64,000 bases of DNA. Origin: Octopus vulgaris. Lineage: Eukaryota. A program made the translations under genes and the position numbers. The notes under the pieces are model-generated. The model did no database searches. It worked only from the letters and a program-made list of their open reading frames with translations, and was not told the origin of the DNA. Location of the stretch: contig OX597822.1 of the NCBI GenBank assembly GCA_951406725.2, positions 18,290,001 to 18,354,000 on the forward strand, given 5' to 3'. Shown piece by piece: positions 1 through 11,970 of this stretch (positions are counted from its first letter, which is position 1; each line of letters opens with the position of its first letter).

Positions 1-894
1 AATTTTTTTTTTTTACCTAATTTTAGAACCCCTATTGTTCTGCCACTCCTTATTCCAAGTTTACACTGTTTCCCCCACCCATCTCCGGCTCTTTCCACAT
101 CTTTTCACTCTCATCCTTTTACTCTGTTTTTCCTGGGGTGGGGGGAAGGAGGATTTACCATTTATTTTTATCTGGCTTTCATTATATTTCTTTTTTTAAT
201 TTCTTACATTTTCTATCTTTTCAAACCAGTCTTGTCTTTTAACATCTTTCATTCTTTCTTGTACTTCCTTTCTACAAAGTTATTTATTTCTTTAGATATT
301 TTTCACTTTTTTTTTGTCTTTTCCCTGACCCCTATTCACCTTTATTTTTCATTCTCCATTTTTTATTTGTGTCTTTAATTATCTGTTAATCTTATTTTGA
401 AAAAGAAAAACTTTAATAAATAAACAGTTCTTTGCTTTCCAGAGGCCGCCTGTTCCCTTATCTCCACCTATTGTCCACCCAGCTCTCTCACTGCTCTCCT
501 TCTTATCTCATTATATCAAGACAGATATCACTGGTTGGTTGGGGTTGGGGTGTAATTCTGTATAAACTTTAATGATGTCAGTCCACTACCTTTATCCTTA
601 CAACTGCACCCATCCCTCCTTTGTTAACAATCTAACCAACAGCCTTGTTGTGGTGAATTTTTTTCTTTTTTCTTCAATGGTTTCTAGTTTTTTTTTTTTC
701 CCCTTTATTCTTCTGCTTATTCATATTCTATCATCCAGAAAACAATTCTTTCTTTTATCTAACTAAACTAAGAGGCAGGTAGGAGTGGTTTTGCCACCAG
801 GGTTTTAACCTCTCCTAGATAGTTCTAATTAGCTGACGACTGTTTCTGTCTTTAAGAAAGATCAAAGTTTAACTGAGGAAATATTTCAAAAAAA

Positions 895-1025
895 GATAAT
901 TATTATTATTTATTGGCCACAAGGACAGAAAAATACATTTAGGACAATGCAAAGAAAAAGGACAGAGAATAACAATTAACAAGGAAATTCCCAGTTGGGT
1001 GGGTGGGGGGATGCCATCCAGGTCA
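895..1025 (-). mobile_element. Diverged 3' terminus of a Tx1/L1-type LINE
   Basis: tttattggccaca next to a (TAT)n run matches the polyA-signal end (tttattggccaca, 16520-16532) of the Tx1 element at 16.5 kb. Confidence 0.4.
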
Positions 1026-1065
<40 letters not shown>

Positions 1066-1067
<2 letters not shown>

Positions 1068-1581
1068 CTTTTAAATTTTGGCACAAGGCCAGCAATTTCA
1101 GGGGAAAGGGTAAGTCAATTGCATTGACCCCAGTGCTCTACTAGTACTTATTCTATCTCCCACAGAAGGATGAAGACCAAGTGGACCTCAGAAGAAATGT
1201 CAGTAAGCATTGTTTTCCAATGTGTTAATGATTCTGTCTGCCACAGGGGCACTAGAAAAATAGAACATTACAAAGATAGATTACCCATAATCACAAAAGG
1301 TTTATATGAAACAGGCAAGTGAGGTGGAGGGGGATGATGAAGAGCCAAAAAAAAAGGATGATAATGATAATAACAACTCAGAGAGGACAAACAAGGACAG
1401 ACAAACGGATTAAGTCAATTATATCAACCCCAGTGCGTAACTGGTACTTATTTAATCGACCCCGAAAGATGAAAGGCAAAGTCGACCTCGGCGGAATTTG
1501 AACTCAGAACGTAGCAGCAGATGAAATACTGCTAAAGCATTTCACCCAGCATGCTAACATTTCTGCCAGCTTACTGCCTTA

Positions 1582-1582
<1 letters not shown>
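1066..1582 (-). mobile_element. Two copies of tRNA-derived SINE family B (about 1066-1250 degenerate; 1410-1582 better preserved)
   Basis: Reverse complement reads ctggcagaaatgttagc...gagttcaaattccgccgaggtcgactttgcctttcatctttcggggtcgattaaataagtaccag, with A/B-box-like head and a conserved central domain. The same motif recurs at 10.9, 13.6, 19.5, 25.7, 32.2 and 43.7 kb. Confidence 0.8.

Positions 1583-1653
<71 letters not shown>
1581..1653. repeat. (AAT)n microsatellite
   Basis: Direct reading; a second (AAT)n tract lies at about 1027-1066. Confidence 0.95.
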
Positions 1654-2559
1654 CATGATGATTATGATGACAATGATGGTAAATTTTATTTTTTATATGT
1701 TTCTTCTTCAGCCTCCCTTTCTTTTTTCTTTTTCTATTTATTTTCTGTTCTTCCTCAACAAACTAGAAAACTATTGAGATTTTTTTTTCTTTTATTTCTT
1801 GTTTTTATCTTGACTCTTTTCTTGCTTTGTGACTCCATGACAAGTTGATATTTTAATGCTCCAGCATGAATAACAACAGGGCCCCTGATAAACATTGACA
1901 ATGAAAACCTCACCAGTGTTTAAAATTGTGGAAGATTGTCTTCCTCATGCAACGCTTTCCCCCTCCCCCTCTTCTTTTTCTTCCTCCTCCTCCTCCTCAT
2001 TCTTCATCTTCTTTATTTTCTTCCTGTCTTTCACTTTTTTCACAACCATCTTTTCCATGATCATGTTATCACTGGCACAGATTGATTTTCATTTGTTTAT
2101 AAGTTTTTTTTTAGTATTTATTATCTTTTTTTTGATTATTGGATTTTTTTTTGTTTCCTGCTACTAAGTGCAAAATCATGAAGTAGGAATAAAATTCTGG
2201 TGTTTATGAATGAAACACACAAAAATTGAATCAAATCGAATTTGAAGACATAAATAAGGTCCTGTGTCAGCAACAATTAACTTATTGAACTGTATGTCAT
2301 GAGGTTTAACAACTCCCTCTTCTTCTCAATCTGCTGTTCAATAGAAAAGGGTACAAGATGACCATATCTTCATCTTTTTGTATTCTTCAATAAAAGACCC
2401 GGACAATTAATGTTAAACTTGCCACCATTCCTCTCCGCTATCAAGATTCTAAGATATTCTATAGACTTTTTTTTCGCCCTTAGAAAAAAAAGAATTAAAT
2501 GTTCTGTTTAATGCAATAAACCTTCAACAGGATCCAAACAAAAACTCTCTTGGGACAAA

Positions 2560-2730
2560 TATCATCATCATCATCATTTAACATCTGCTTCCCATGCTGG
2601 CATGGATTAGACAGTTTGACAAGGGCTGGCAAGGCTGGAAACTGTATCAGGCTTCAGTTGTGTGTTTTGCCATTGTTTCTGTGGCTGGGTGCCCTTCCTA
2701 ATGCCAACCACTTTGCAGAGTGTAAATGGC
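2560..2730 (-). mobile_element. RTE LINE 3' end with (GAT)n tail; sister short tails near 5870-5996, 12410-12728, 27060-27222, 34630-34773, 44315-44520 and 58561-58647
   Basis: atcatcatcatttaac...ccatgctggcatgg...gcccttcctaatgccaacca is the same terminus carried by the ORF-bearing RTE copies at 28.2-28.4, 49.6 and 61.5 kb. Confidence 0.8.
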
Positions 2731-2859
2731 TGGTGTTAACATCTCTGCTAAAATTCAAAATTGTATGCGACAATGGTACTTGTCACCTTTACTACCTGTA
2801 TTTCACACCTGTACGATTGATGTAGTTGCTCTGTTTTATCTCCTGGAAGTTGACATCTG

Positions 2860-3020
2860 AAGATGTATGACCTTGTGGTGTTGCACTCATGAATGTATGA
2901 TCAGAGTTTCGATTCCCAGACTGGACAGCATGTTGTGTTCTTGAGTAAACCACTTCATTTCCTTCTTGCTCTAGTCCAATCATCTCTAAATGAGTTCCAG
3001 CAAATGCTAGGGAGTTAACC
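2860..3020 (+). mobile_element. Decayed tRNA-derived SINE (third family; similar copy at about 47045-47200)
   Basis: B-box-like gtttcgattccc followed by gttgtgttcttgagtaaaccactt...gctctagtcca. Confidence 0.55.
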
Positions 3021-3084
3021 ATGGTCACTTATAGGTCATGGACACTGGGTTAAACTCTGGGTGTTATGAGTCCTAGGACTAAAA

Positions 3085-3850
3085 GCAGACTGTAGTTGAC
3101 ATCTGCTTGGAAAAGCCAAAAAAGGAATTAGGAAGGGAATTCCAGAGGGTTGATATATGGGGGAGGAAGAATCAAGCATTAGAATAAGCCTACAGAATGT
3201 GGTACGTTAGGAGTGGCACAAGACAGGTGTGTCCAGTGCCACCTTAAGGCAGGTACAGCAGGTGTTTCAGCAGCAAGACTAAGGATGCTCATTAGTCCAT
3301 AATTTCTTGTTGGGGTGGTGTCATATACGGAACTGGAAGCACATTGTTTAACATAAACAAGGATTTGCGACCTCCTTTTGGATCATGAACACCTGGAAAT
3401 AGCCATAGGTGTGTCAAGTAGGCTTGAGCTGAAGGTGGTTGCACTGTGTAACTGTCTAATTCTGAGGAGCTGAGTTGAGCTGGGCATTAAAGATATATGG
3501 TGAACCCTGTGGAGCAAAATGAATACTTTGGTTTTGTTAAATTCTTGTTTGATGGGCTTCATCAGAGAAGGGAGCATCCAGTGTAGCAAAATCTGCCTTT
3601 GTAAGTCTCACCATGTAAGTATGAACATGAAAGAAGACAATGGGTTTAAAGCTGACCTGTTGTACACCTGGCTGATTGTATCCATCACTGTTTAAAGGAA
3701 ACTGCAAGTTGATCCACAATGTAGTTGGCTCACCATATAGAATTTGAACCATATCCTGTAATTTTTAAAAATATTTGCCATTCCATCACTATAGACTGGT
3801 TGCCTATCTGTCTGGCCGGTTGGTTGTATTTATCTGAACAAAACTAATAA
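3085..3850 (-). mobile_element. Highly decayed CR1/L2-group LINE 3' region
   Basis: Minus strand encodes ISTLWNSLPNS near 3130-3160, the LWNxLP C-terminal signature of CR1-group ORF2. The upstream extent is uncertain. Confidence 0.4.
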
Positions 3851-4275
3851 AAGCCAATCAATGAAATTGCTGCCAACTAAAAGCTTATATGTTTGGTTCT
3901 TTCTAATGTTAATTGCGAAACATTGAATGAATAGCTGCTGCTCCATATCTTTGCTATCCTGTCCAGTTCTCTTGTCGCCATAGCATCATCTGTGGCTCTG
4001 AAATCTATTGAGAAAACATTAAAATTTGAATTCTTTTTGTTTTTTTGTTTCTTTTGTCTCTGCATCCACCCCCACCTCCCATCTCATTCACAATGTATTA
4101 AGCTAATTGCTGTGAAGAACTTTCCACTGTAATACCCAAGAGAACACATTTCTATGTATTTTTTATGTTAACTGATTGGAAGAAGCATGGCAGAAGAATG
4201 TGTTGCTGCTTTCTTTGGTCGCTAAAAACGAAATCAAAGGAAAGAAAAAAAAATGTATACGCATTTTTTGTTGTT

Positions 4276-4415
4276 TCTCTCTCTCGTTCTCTTTCTTATT
4301 CTCTCTCTCTCTCTCATTCTCTCTCTCTCTTTCGTTCTCACTCTCATTCTCTCTCTTATTCTCTCTCTCTCTCTAGTTCTCTCCCTTATTCTCTCTCTTA
4401 TTCTCTCTCTCTCTT
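4276..4415. repeat. Interrupted (CT)n microsatellite
   Basis: Direct reading; it generates the SLSL/ERER ORFs. Confidence 0.9.
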
Positions 4416-5209
4416 TAAAAAGAAATAATTTTACTTTATCAAATATATGATTGGACAATTTCCTCAAATTCTCCAGAGATTAACCAATTCCACTGTTTTG
4501 TTTAGGCAGATGTCTTTGTATTTTTCTCTAGCAACTGGAATTACCTATCTGTCACCCCCCTTTAACTCGTTCTCCCCCTCTTTCTCTGAGTCTGTCATTC
4601 ATTCTTTATGTGCCTTTCACTCTCCTTTCTCTCAAGAGATCATCCCCTCAGCTTCATATTCTCTCTCATTTACAGGTTGACTGATCTAATAACCATGCAT
4701 TATTAAGAAAGGCAATCAACAGTGGCACATTATTTATATCATATTCTACATACACACACAATCCTCCCTCCACTCCTGACTTTACTCTCTTGCTTTCTCT
4801 CTCTCTCTCTCTCAAACTCTGTCTATCTTTTCTCCTTTCAATCTGACTCTCTTATGTGCTCTCCCATCTCCCCACCACCATCACCACCACTGCTCTGATC
4901 TTTATCCTCCTCTCAAACCCCACCACACACACACATCTATACCTAAGTATCTGTCTACATATCATGATGTATCCTCCAGTATCATTAAACAACAGTATTC
5001 GAAAATTCTATACAAACCCAATACATACAAAACCTAATATAGGTATATCTCACAGTAATCTTCATTAAATATAAAGTGTATGTCTGTGTTTATATATGCA
5101 TACACACGCACACACACACACACGACGGGCTTGCTCACCAATTTCAATATACAAGGTCCAGGAGCCTTAACATAATTGTTTTTACTTGTGTTTGTGTCTC
5201 TAATGTGAC

Positions 5210-5700
5210 TTTAATCCAGCTAAAGATTAGCAAAATTGTCCACCCTGAGGACAGGACACAGAACCGTTGCACTGATCCGCTGGGATTGCATTTCTGTATT
5301 GTGCCTCAGTTCCTTTTCCTTGAAGATGGATCAATGATTGACTTTCAGAGTTGTGAATTGCTTCAAAATAGGTTGATCTCCATTTGGCATCGCTCTTGGG
5401 CAAGCTCTTCAATAGAAACAAGAGGAACATATACACATTTGAGGTTTTCCTTCAATTTGTCCTTAAAAGCAGAGCCAGGGCCTTCCAATATGTCTCTTAC
5501 CCTCCTCAAGCTGTCTGTGCACACACCCACACATGATATGACTTGTCCAATGAAGTTGTGATCGCATAGGAAATGATTCAATTCCTCCAATTGAAACATT
5601 GGTGACTTGATCATCAAGAATAAGGCAAGGAATTGGTTGAAGACACCAAGGGGATTGATTTGTGACCGGTATAGAGTAAAGTGGACAAGATGATTGCATG
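5210..5700 (-). mobile_element. Decayed RTE ORF C-terminus, same type as the young copy at 38.1 kb
   Basis: Stitched frames give QLHWTSHIM..RQLEEGKRHIGRPWLCFKDKLKENLK..EELAQERCQWRS..CPQGGQFC, colinear with QLRWAGHVSRM..GELGQG..KRYEDSLKVSLK..ETLAANRSSWRS..CPTCG. Confidence 0.7.
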
Positions 5701-8299
5701 CTGTGTATATATATATATATACACTTATATAAAATTTGTCCTTCTTTTATACTCTGACCTCTTGCCTGTCACAACAGCACCTTTCAAAATCATGACTTTT
5801 GAATTAGTGAGTGCAGTTGTAAGCTAATGTGCATGCGCACACACAAACACATACATCAGAAAGAGCTTACAGCTGTTGAAACCATGCCAAAGCAGATATT
5901 GCAGCTCAGCATGGCCCTCTGGCTCATTGGTTCCTGTCAAACCATCCAGTCCATGCCAACACAGAAAAAGGGTCATTAAATGATGATGATGATGATATAT
6001 ACACTTGGTTTCTTTCCAGTTTCTATCTTGTAAATTGATTTACAAGGCTTTGGTCAGCCTAGGGCTAGACCTGAAGATGTTTGCCCAAAGTGCCAAGTAG
6101 TGGGACTGAACTCAAAATCACTTGATTGAGAAGTGAACTTCTCAACCACACAGCTTTGTCTGCATCTTATATGCATGTGTTTGTGTGTGTACCATAAATC
6201 GTCAGGAGGATTACAGCTGTTTCGTAGCCTTTTTTATGTAATCACGATTTCAGGTTATAATAAATTATGCTTACCTGTTGAACCATTGGTGCAATCATCA
6301 TGTTCTGGTGATTTGATGAGCTGGCCCTCTTTATTTACATTGATTTGTGAATATACAATTGTACTGTATAATGCAGAGCCTGCTTATTAGTGTGTAATTC
6401 ATTATACACTGAAATTATTACCATTACATGAAGAAGGCTGTGAAATGGCCATAATCCTAAAGATGTCAAATTAGTTAAATGAATACATTCACCTCTCTTA
6501 CTTCCTCACTTTTTATGGTTTATATACACCTCACAAAATAATTTCATTGATTGGATCTTTCGGATTTCAGTTGCATTGACACTCTGCATCATTATACTCC
6601 TCTGTATTGGATTTCTATGTGCTCTGTTAACTGGTTCTGTTAGAGAAGCTTTCTGTGATAGCCACATGATTTTATATTCTATGAAGCCATATATCACACA
6701 ATGTGTGTGTGTAGAATTGGTGTGGAAGTTTCTCCTTGTATCACTTTGCATTGATGCTGACTGGACAATGGTGACATTTGTTCAAGTTCTGCAACTTGGC
6801 AGTTCATCATGCAAAGACCAGTGGCACAAAGTATCTAGCAGGGGAGGCATCCAGTCAACCAGTCTAAGAATACTGACTCAAGAACTTTCATCTAAATCAT
6901 CCTAGCATCAAAGAAGCTAACTTAAAAATGCTGTCGACAGTCTTCCATACCTACTTCTATCTCATTTTGTACATTTACATTGTGCTTCCAACAATTAAAG
7001 CAAAACTTGTGCTTTTTGAAGAGGTCTAGTCAGACAGAAACATGTCCAAAATTAACTCCCATAACTCAGTGAAATTTTTAAACTATATAATATCCATAGT
7101 TGAATTGATGCTTCCTTTTCCTCACTGCATCATTATTATTTGTTATAGGGTATTTGATGTTTTTTTTTCATTAAATATGTTGCTAACAGTAATTTAATTT
7201 CTGACTCTGGTGTTCTACATGACTCATCACAAACTGGGTCAAATAACTGCTGCATATCAATCCCTCATCCAAGCAATTCCCAGGGGAGCAGCTGAACTTA
7301 CAAATGCAAGATAATGAAAACAACTGTCAATTACATTTATTATGACAATGATGATGATGATGATAATGTAAAAAAAAAAAAAAACCCAGCATAATTATTT
7401 CTTTTACTGTTGTAGTCGAGGTGTTTATTATAGTTATTGTTGCATTAATAATGCTAATGGTGTTGGATATCTCCGACAAGTTTTCGACCTGCTTCTGCTA
7501 TGGGGGATGCCAGTTTGAGATGATTTCAGTCTCTACAAGTGGTGCTAATCAAACCTGTCTTAGATGAACCAAAAATAATGAAGACATTCCATATCTACTC
7601 TTTCTTTTATTATTCTAATGGATTCAGTCTTAGGACTGTGGCTATGCTGGAGCACCACCTTCATTTATTTTCTGTCTGTTTAATCATTCAGTGTTTGAGC
7701 TTTGGAACTTTGTTGAACAGCTATTGTTGTGTGTCGGATAGATCTTGTTACCAACTGAGGTGGTCAACATAATATAGCCTCCCTTCAGTCAGGAAGGGTC
7801 AAGCTGTTTCTCCTCTTGTGACAATGGTGAAAGAGATTCTGTGGTGGATGTGACTGACGACAGACACTTTCCTTTCTGGCCAAATCTTCATCTTTGTTAA
7901 GTGGTACTGTCCCCCCTCCCCCCACAAATTTGTTTAAAGGATGGTTGAGAGTGAACAGTAAACATGGTCCTTGTAAATGGCCCTACTTTCAGAGAGAATG
8001 CAACAGAGAGAGAGAGAGGGGGGGAGAGGGGGGAGAGGGGGGAGAGGGAGAGAGAGCACTTACCTTTGTTAATCAGAGTAATCCTGAGTCTGGTGACTCC
8101 TTCATTGTCACTAGCACTTGTACTCCTTTTACCCTATCATCTATATTATAATTAGCATATTTATATCTTTTTCTTCTTCAATCCCTAACTGACGACTGGA
8201 GGGGGATGCTGTACCCTCAACCAGTATGCTGCTGTGGGTGCCACTAGATGATGGACTCTGGTGATAATGTTAAGCATATTTATACACCATATCTATATA

Positions 8300-8358
8300 T
8301 GAGGGGAAGTCAAAAATTATCCACACTTTCACCATAACATATCTTTATTATATATGTT

Positions 8359-8396
<38 letters not shown>

Positions 8397-8449
8397 GGGA
8401 AGTGAAAAATTATCCGCACTTTTGCCATGACATATCTTTATTATATATG

Positions 8450-8489
<40 letters not shown>

Positions 8490-9187
8490 GGGAAGTGAAA
8501 AATTATCTGCACTTTTGCCATAACATATCTTTATTATTGTCCCACTGCCTTCTGCTCATGTGTGTTTAAAGTTGGTACTATTGTGGTCCTGTGATCAACG
8601 TTTGAGTCTGGTCACACCATTGTTCTTTCTGGCTTTGCAGCGTAAGCATGACTGCTCCACTAACAACGTGCAGCAAAGAAGAACAAAGAGCAATGATCCG
8701 ATTCCTCTGATTGAAAGGTGTGTCAGGTGCTGGAATTCATCGGAGGCTTTTAGCACAAAATGAGGACATTGTTCTACCATGTAGAAGTGTGTGTGAGTGG
8801 ATCGAGGAGTTTAAAAGTGACTGGATAAGCATGACTCACAAAGAGGAAGTCAGATGCCCATCAACCTTTACCTGTGACAAGAAGATTCAGAAAGCTCGAG
8901 AGATGGTAATGGTGAACCAGCTCACCATTACCATCTCTTGGATCACTGCTCTTTGTTTAGTGGAGCAGCCATGCCTATACTGCTCTTTGTTCTTCTTCGG
9001 TGCACGTTGCTAGTGCAGCAGTCATGCTTACGCTGCAAAGCCAGAAAGAAAAATGGTGCGATCAGGCTCAAACTTCCATCACATGACCACAATAGTACCA
9101 ACTATAAGCATGCAGGCACAGAAGGCAGTGGGACAATAATAAAGATATGTTATGGCAAAAGTGCGGATAGTTTTTGACTTCACCTCC
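8300..9187. mobile_element. Mariner-derived foldback element (8486-9187) made of two opposed 5' ends, preceded by two extra copies of the terminal ~50 bp
   Basis: About 210-bp inverted arms (8486-8700 and 8978-9187), TA flanks, and TIR tgaggggaagtcaaaaattatcc. From ATG 8648 the sequence gives MTAPLTTCSKEEQRAMIRFL, then KGVSGAGIHRRLLAQ..RSVCEWIEEFKS, the mariner N-terminal HTH. Confidence 0.85.
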
Positions 9188-9218
<31 letters not shown>

Positions 9219-9227
9219 TTATCCATA

Positions 9228-9350
9228 GTTGGCCTGCTCGCTTAGCCAGCGGGGTGGCGTCATTCGAAGGCTAAAACAATTCGAACGCATTGTGACCAGC
9301 GATGTGTAACTACATCTGATGGACTGGTCGGTCACGTGATGGTCACGTGA
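9228..9350 (+). mobile_element. CpG-rich repeat fragment, probably the 3' half of the SINE whose head is at 37006
   Basis: Discrete GC/CpG-rich block between (TA)n runs ending in a duplicated ggtcacgtga. The family link is recalled from octopus repeats and is not demonstrable within the window. Confidence 0.4.
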
Positions 9351-9372
9351 TATATATATATATATATATATA

Positions 9373-9772
9373 GGCGCAGGAGTGGCTGTGTGGTAAGTAG
9401 CTTGCTAACCAACCACACGGTTCCGGGTTCAGTCCCACTGCGTGGCATCTTGGGCAAGTGTCTTCTGCTATAGCCTCGGGCCGACCAATGCCTTGTGAGT
9501 GGATTTGGTAGACGGAAACTGAAAGAAGCCTGTCGCATATATGTATATACATATATAAGTGTGTGTGTTTGTCCCCCTAGCATTGCTTGATAACCGATGC
9601 TGGTGTGTTTACGTCCCCGTCACATAGCGGTTCGGCAAAAGAGACCGATAGAATAAGTACTGGGCTTACAAAGAATAAGTCCCGGGGTCGATTTGTTCGA
9701 TTAAAGGCGGTGCTCCAGCATGGCCGCAGTCAAATGACTGAAACAATTAAAAGAGAAAAAAAATAAAAGAGA
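9373..9772 (+). mobile_element. Full-length young tRNA-derived SINE, family A
   Basis: A box tggctgtgtgg, B box ggttcagtccc, CORE-like ttgggcaagt, internal (TA)/(TG) tract and A-rich tail; nearly identical to 14766-15175. Confidence 0.9.
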
Positions 9773-10875
9773 ATATATACATACATACATATATGATAAT
9801 TTTTGACTTCCCCTCAGATATAGATATACTCCATCTTGTGTGCTATATATACTGTCCTGTTTCATTTTATTTCATTCAGTTTTAATGTAATCTGCTTTGT
9901 ACTTTTTGTAATCTGGCCATGTAATATCCCTTCATCTGGGGTTCGTGTGGCCATAAAAAAGGAATTATTATCATTATCAATAGTACTGTTGTTGTAATTG
10001 TAGAGGGGGCAAAAATGTTTATTGTGGTGGTGGTGGTGGTGGTGGTGACTATTGTTGTAAAAATGATATTGTTACTGTTATAGTAGAAATGGTAGGGGTG
10101 GGGATGCTTATTGTAGTGGTGATGATGATGGTGTTGCTGTTGTGGTTGTGTTTTATGTATTCAAAGAAAATCAATATTTCATTGAAAACCACAAAGACTA
10201 TTTTTGCATTCCATTTAACTCATTTTTTTCGAAAGACATTCCTTGCCTGACGACACAGCCACAAGCAGCTACACACACAAACACAACGCACATGCTGTGG
10301 GAGGATGTAGGTGTACATATATGTGTGTGCGTGTGTGAGTATTCACACACACACACTTAGGTGCATGTGTGTGCACACCCTTATCTACATCTTTTGCATG
10401 CTTGCATATACCCTATTGTGCTTTATCACAAACCTACACGTACATTATCTCTCTTTCACACACACACACACACAACACTCATGGATACATGTATAATCTG
10501 CTTTTTCCCCTTTATTTCCATATAAAAACTTCTCACCCAAATGTATTTTTCTTCTCATTTCAATAATATGTCTGCTACTGCTAACCTGCTCTCTTGAAGC
10601 AGTATTTTGGCCAGCTTTTAATAGAGAGATTATTTGGTGTATATTTTTGCGTCAGTGTAAGGTGATGAGTGGTGAAGTACACATATAAATGAAGAACAAC
10701 TTGGGACCCCTGATGTTGAGGGTTCCTCATTTGTTGGAAACTTTGCTGTCATCAAAACTCCTCACTTGTCTTTCAAGTAAAACATTCTTTTGTTATGCCA
10801 CATCTTTGAAAGAACAGAACATCTAGTCATCATGCAAACTGGAACCGTTGCTATAGCAATATTTACCCACATTAA

Positions 10876-11078
10876 GGTGATCGGCTGGCAGAAACAGTAG
10901 CACTCCAGGTGAAATGCTTAGCGGTATTTTGGTTCTGAGTTCAAATTCTGCCAAGGTCGACTTTGCCTTTCATCCTTTTGCGGATCAAGAAATGAAATAC
11001 CAGTTGCGTACTGGAGTCGATCTAATTGACTGGTCCCCTCCCCACAAAATTCTGTGCCTTGTGCCTAGAGTAGAACAG
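10876..11078 (+). mobile_element. SINE family B, near full length
   Basis: ggctggcagaa..gagttcaaattctgccaaggtcgactttgcctttcatcc..ccttgtgcc; matches 1410-1582 (reverse complement) and 19530-19745. Confidence 0.8.
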
Positions 11079-11419
11079 AATATTTACCCACATTCACACA
11101 CACACACACTCACACTAATACATATAAATTGTGTGCTTGTGCATATATATAATTATCGTTTAATGTCCTCCTTCTCATGCTAGCATGCATTAGACAGTTT
11201 ATCGAGGCAGGTAATTTTTCTATGGCTGGATACTCTTCCTGTCACCAGCCCTCACCTGTTTCCAATCCAGTTAATATTTCCCCATGGCCAGGTATGTTTG
11301 TCACAGAAGATTGGAAAGGAACATCATTGCTTGTATAACAGTGACACTTGTTTACAATCAACACACAAAGTCAAAACTGGGCTAAACTCAAAAACCCACA
11401 AACCTATAAAAAATACATA

Positions 11420-11970
11420 TTTCATCTTTTACTTGTTTCAGTGACCTTGGCTGTGGCCATGTTGGGGCATCACCTTGAAGAATTCTAGCTGAATGAATCA
11501 ATCCCAGTGCCATTTTTTAAAAAGTCTGGTATTTTGTTCTGTTGAACTCTTTTGCTTAACTGCTAAGCTATAAGGAACATAAACACACCAACACCAGCTG
11601 TCATGTGGTGGTGGTGGACAGACACAGACACACACACATAGACATACATGTATATAAATATGATGGTCTTCTTTCAGTTTTTTCCCCAAAAACCACTCAC
11701 AGTGATGGAACTATAGTAGAAGACATTTTGGCCAAGGGACCACACAGTGGAACTGAAACCACAACCATGTGGTTGGGAAAAAAGTTCTTATCACACAACC
11801 ATACTTGCACCAATACATAGTAGACTTCTTTTAGGTTCCATCTACCAAATCCACTGAAAAGGGTCAGTTTGAAGATGTAGTAGAAGGCACTTGCCCAAAG
11901 TGCCAAGCAGTGGGACTGAAACCAGAACCTCATAGTTGAAAAGTTGACTCCCTAAACACACAGCTATATT
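11420..11970 (-). mobile_element. Decayed SINE family A copies; others near 6008-6165, 21545-21920, 22850-23195, 30880-31040, 31425-31580, 36815-36930, 42430-42550 and 60445-60580
   Basis: Recurring reverse-complement motif agaagacacttgcccaag..cagtgggactgaacc..accatgtggttggg. Confidence 0.75.

Larger units (their letters stand above)
7675..9980 (+). mobile_element. Old Tx1-type LINE 3' fragment (7675-7910, possibly 8190-8290, terminus 9830-9980) interrupted by a mariner foldback and SINEs
   Basis: LWNFVEQLLLCVG..VKEILWWM..DTFLSGQ aligns with LWAYVERLLSRVG..AKECIWWT..NTFLSGQ of the 16.8-17.1 kb element. gtgtggccataaaaaaggaattattatc at about 9946-9975 matches its 3' end. Confidence 0.6.

Noticed and set aside
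6270-6700. Possible minus-strand host exon (cag|gtaagc donor near 6275; VYSQI/VYNEL-like tyrosine motifs)
   Set aside because: In-frame stops in all frames from the candidate acceptors and no recognisable domain; it would need RNA-seq support.
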